Made by a program: the position numbers and the translations under genes. A stretch of 64,000 nt of DNA from Eledone cirrhosa (taxonomy: Eukaryota), in contig OZ024741.1 of the NCBI GenBank assembly GCA_964016885.1, positions 123,442,001-123,506,000 of the forward strand, in the 5' to 3' direction. Positions 60,320-64,000 of the stretch are shown one piece after another. Numbering within the stretch: position 1 is the stretch's first letter; each line of letters opens with the position of its first letter. Below the pieces are notes generated by a model. The model was given only the letters and a program-made list of their open reading frames with translations, was not told the origin of the DNA and did not search any database.

Positions 60320-60353
<34 letters not shown>

Positions 60354-60354
60354 G

Positions 60355-60386
<32 letters not shown>

Positions 60387-60387
60387 G

Positions 60388-60518
<131 letters not shown>

Positions 60519-60673
60519 GTTTACATATATATATATATAAATATATATATACATATACGTGTTTTTTCCGCTCCTACGTCATGATTATATAGACATGTTT
60601 TATGATATATAGCTCTGATTATTTAATTTATTAACTTTTCATTGAGCCACAATGTGACCCGTTGCAAGACACG

Positions 60674-60750
<77 letters not shown>

Positions 60751-61050
60751 TGAAACAAAATGAAAACGAAATTTCATTTCTCACTCTTAGTATGGCACTT
60801 ACTTAAATGTAAGTATGCATGTATACGTACATACATATATGTATACAGACGTACAGTAGCATGCACATATATATATATACATATATATATACATATGCAT
60901 ACGGGTACACATACATATATGCACGTATCAGTTTAGCGGCGCTTATTATAACGTCGCTTTGTTCGTTTGTAAACAAACTGAACAGCCTGAATTTATGCCA
61001 TACGGTGTTAAGGCAACCACGTCACCTTTTTGTTCAACACTGACACAGGA

Positions 61051-61093
61051 ACGATGTACTAGTTTCAAGCTTGTTAGCTATCATCAGCACCGT
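61051..61093 (-). ncRNA. Type-I HHR, array unit 1
   Basis: acggtg-CTGATGA-tagct(aaca)agctt-GAAA-ctagt-A-catcgt. Confidence 0.85.
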
Positions 61094-61339
61094 TTACCCA
61101 TCTGCCAGCTAGTTGAACGTTCGAAAGTAGATACTTTCCTTATGAAAATTAACGGCTGAGCAGCCTAATTTGCATATTGAGTGAGTTAAATCGGTCAGGC
61201 ATACCGAAAACGATAAATTGAAACAAAATGAAAACGAAATTTCATTTCTCACTCTTAGTATGGCACTTACTTAAATGTAAGTATGCATGTATACGTACAT
61301 ACATATATGTATAAAGACGTACAGTAGCATGCACATATA

Positions 61340-61377
<38 letters not shown>

Positions 61378-61548
61378 CATATATATATACATATGCATAC
61401 GGGTACACATACATATATGCACGTATCAGTTTAGCGGCGCTTATTATAACGTCGCTTTGTTCGTTTGTAAACAAACTGAACAGCCTGAATTTATGCCATA
61501 CGGTGTTAAGGCAACCACATCACCTTTTTGTTCAACACTGACACAGGA

Positions 61549-61591
61549 ACGATGTACTAGTTTCAAGCTTGTTAGCTATCATCAGCACCGT
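61549..61591 (-). ncRNA. Type-I HHR, array unit 2
   Basis: Identical motif 498 bp from unit 1. Confidence 0.85.
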
Positions 61592-62075
61592 TTACCCATC
61601 TGCCAGATAATTGAACGTTCGAAAGTATATACTTTCCTTATGAAAATTAACGGCTGAGCAGCCTAATTTGCATATTGAGTGAGTTAAATCGGTCAGGCAT
61701 ACCGAAAACGATAAATTGAAACAAAATGAAAACGAAATTTCATTTCTCACTCTTAGTATGGCACTTACTTAAATGTAAGTATGCATGTATACGTACATAC
61801 ATATATGTATACAGACGTACAGTAGCATGCACATATATATATATATATACATATATATATACATATGCATACGGGTATACATGCATACTTACATTTAAGT
61901 AAGTGCCATACTAAGAGTGAGAAATGAAATTTCGTTTTCATTTTGTTTCAATTTATCGTTTTCGGTATGCCTGACCGATTTAACTCACTCAATATGCAAA
62001 TTAGGCTGCTCAGCCGTTAATTTTCATAAGGAAAGTATCTACTTTCGAACGTTCAACTATCTGGCAGATGGGTAA

Positions 62076-62118
62076 ACGGTGCTGATGATAGCTAACAAGC
62101 TTGAAACTAGTACATCGT
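62076..62118 (+). ncRNA. Type-I HHR, inverted unit
   Basis: Identical motif on the plus strand. Confidence 0.85.
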
Positions 62119-62277
62119 TCCTGTGTCAGTGTTGAACAAAAAGGTGACGTGGTTGCCTTAACACCGTATGGCATAAATTCAGGCTGTTCAGTTTGTTTAC
62201 AAACGAACAAAGCGACGTTATAATAAGCGCCGCTAAACTGATACGTGCATATATGTATGTGTACCCGTATGCATATG

Positions 62278-62309
<32 letters not shown>

Positions 62310-62363
62310 TGTGCATGCTACTGTACGTCTGTATACATATATGTATGTACGTATACATGCATA

Positions 62364-62394
<31 letters not shown>

Positions 62395-62400
<6 letters not shown>

Positions 62401-62944
62401 CTTTATATCTAATAATCTCCCATTAGGTTGAGATACAAATTTGGCTGTATTCTGCTGTGCTTTCTAGCAAATAGCCACCAGCCGTAAGCAACTACCACAC
62501 CCCTTCCAACCTATCCGCTCCTACGGCATGATTCTTAGCCATTTTGAATGTATTCTCGGTGCGATCACTTTGGAAAATTTAATTATCTAGATTAGAGCAA
62601 ACTCCTGAAGAGTCCGATGCTCGAATTTCCGAATATATTGGAAATCTCAAAAGGCGGACGAAACCATGGTAGAGGTCAATAAATGTATTCTCTTTTCTCC
62701 TAGTTTATTTTACACCTAATTCTGTTTAATTAGCTGTATATCTGGGCGATTACACTGTCGAAATATTCAATAAATATTCCGTCGAAGCCGACGCGAAGGG
62801 CTAGTTTCGGGTATTTGTTGGGGATTTCTTCATAGAAGCCTTATTCTTATAGCCTGGTCTATTCGATTTTTTATATAGTTGATTATGCTGATTGGGAGAG
62901 GAAATGGTATATATTTTATCTGGTGATTCTATAGACATGTTTTA

Positions 62945-62947
<3 letters not shown>
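62395..62947 (+). mobile_element. TA-flanked HHR-bearing insert
   Basis: Non-coding, bounded by (TA)n; contains the HHR at 62601-62675. Confidence 0.65.
62601..62675 (+). ncRNA. Type-I HHR
   Basis: ctc-CTGAAGA-gtccg...cggac-GAAA-ccatggt-A-gag, then AATAAA; stem III ACCATGGT is a palindrome. Confidence 0.8.
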
Positions 62948-63014
<67 letters not shown>

Positions 63015-63213
63015 TTTTTCTCGCGAGTCAGTTCTTTCGTTGTTACGGACTCCGCGGCTGAACTACCGGTCGCTATCTTCAATTTGCAAAGCTCTTTAAA
63101 CTGTATGTTATTACTCTGAGATTGTATACCTAGTCGAGTACTTGTCTGCACTTCTGAGTGTATTCGTCGGCTTAGCTGCGGCTCGAGCTTCGAATATGCT
63201 GTACTTCCATTTG

Positions 63214-63257
<44 letters not shown>

Positions 63258-63260
63258 CGC

Positions 63261-63334
<74 letters not shown>

Positions 63335-63338
<4 letters not shown>

Positions 63339-64000
63339 ATACTTGGGAAGGTCATATTTGTGTAATAATATTGCCAGAATTAATAACAGAACACACTCAC
63401 TGTTTGGTTGGTTTTCGCTTCTGTATCTTTTATATCGGTTAATTTAATTTATTCGGTCGTCAATGTTACCATTGACTGACCAACGGTCAAAAATACAGAT
63501 ACAATATAGACACAAACACATATATATAGTTTAACAAAGTTCTTTCGTTGCACATCTGCAACATCATCTGTGGTGCTATTATGTTTCCTCCCGTTGTATT
63601 GTATGCCTATGCCATCTTTATTTAGTCTGTTTATTTATTTGTTTGTTTTTTGTCTTCTCTGCGCATGCGTTTGTGCGTGTGTATAGTGTTTTGTTTGCTG
63701 TGTGTTCGTGTTTGGGTGACTGTGTATTGGTTATTGTATTCTATCTTAGTTTACTAGTGTGTGTTTATATGTGTTTGTTGTTATTGTGCTGTGTAGGTAT
63801 TTATTTATTTATTTATACTTCTCTTAGGTCAGTGTTGTTTGTTTGGGTGTTGTTGTTATTCCATTCGTTTTTTTCTGTTTAGCCTTGGCCTTCTAAGTTC
63901 TATTTCGCTGGCCTCTCTGATTTGCCTATCTGCTGGGTCATTTCTATGTTTAGATATTATTCTAATTTCTATGTTGTCTATGTTACCATCATGTTGTTGT
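63335..64000 (-). mobile_element. 3' end of a Penelope-like element (GIY-YIG C-terminus plus pLTR), running off the window
   Basis: Minus strand QQHDGNIDNIEIRIISKHRNDPADRQIREASEIELRRPRLNRK, then EW after a 1-nt slip; variant HHR CAGATGA-tgttgca(gatg)tgcaac-GAAA-gaact-T at 63533-63574. Confidence 0.6.

Larger units (their letters stand above)
60747..62367. mobile_element. Retrozyme-like tandem-plus-inverted array of a non-coding HHR monomer
   Basis: Units start at 60747, 61215 and 61713 (partial), then an inverted copy at about 61876-62367; TA-flanked. Confidence 0.85.

Noticed and set aside
60959-62210. 66-aa ORF repeated three times
   Set aside because: It lies antisense to the HHR, has a non-ATG start and no recognisable motif, and its identity simply reflects the tandem duplication.
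63012-63212. CpG-rich TA-flanked insert with a possible minus-strand HHR
   Set aside because: TTGAAGA...GAAAGAACTG is present, but the stems do not pair and position 17 is G. It is probably a related but decayed element.

Overview
This is an AT-rich animal genomic window. It is most likely from an octopus or other cephalopod, inferred from the SINE family and the extreme (TA)n/(CA)n load. I could not support any host protein-coding exon, and nearly all listed ORFs are microsatellite translations. The ordinary repeat content is many tRNA-derived SINEs, two CR1-group LINE 3' fragments, two decayed RTE-like LINEs, a decayed mariner transposase, a non-autonomous Helitron and four Penelope-like element (PLE) coding remnants (one RT, three GIY-YIG ends). 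The striking signal is a set of short non-coding inserts sitting in (TA)n tracts. They carry about 20 recognisable type-I hammerhead ribozyme (HHR) motifs in roughly a dozen sequence families. Most have a short palindromic stem III, one family has the compensated U3-A8 core, and several show covariation between copies. Many inserts are fold-back inverted repeats whose turning point lies in or beside the ribozyme. One family forms a tandem ~470-500 bp retrozyme-like array at 60.7-62.4 kb. All structures and coordinates were read by eye.
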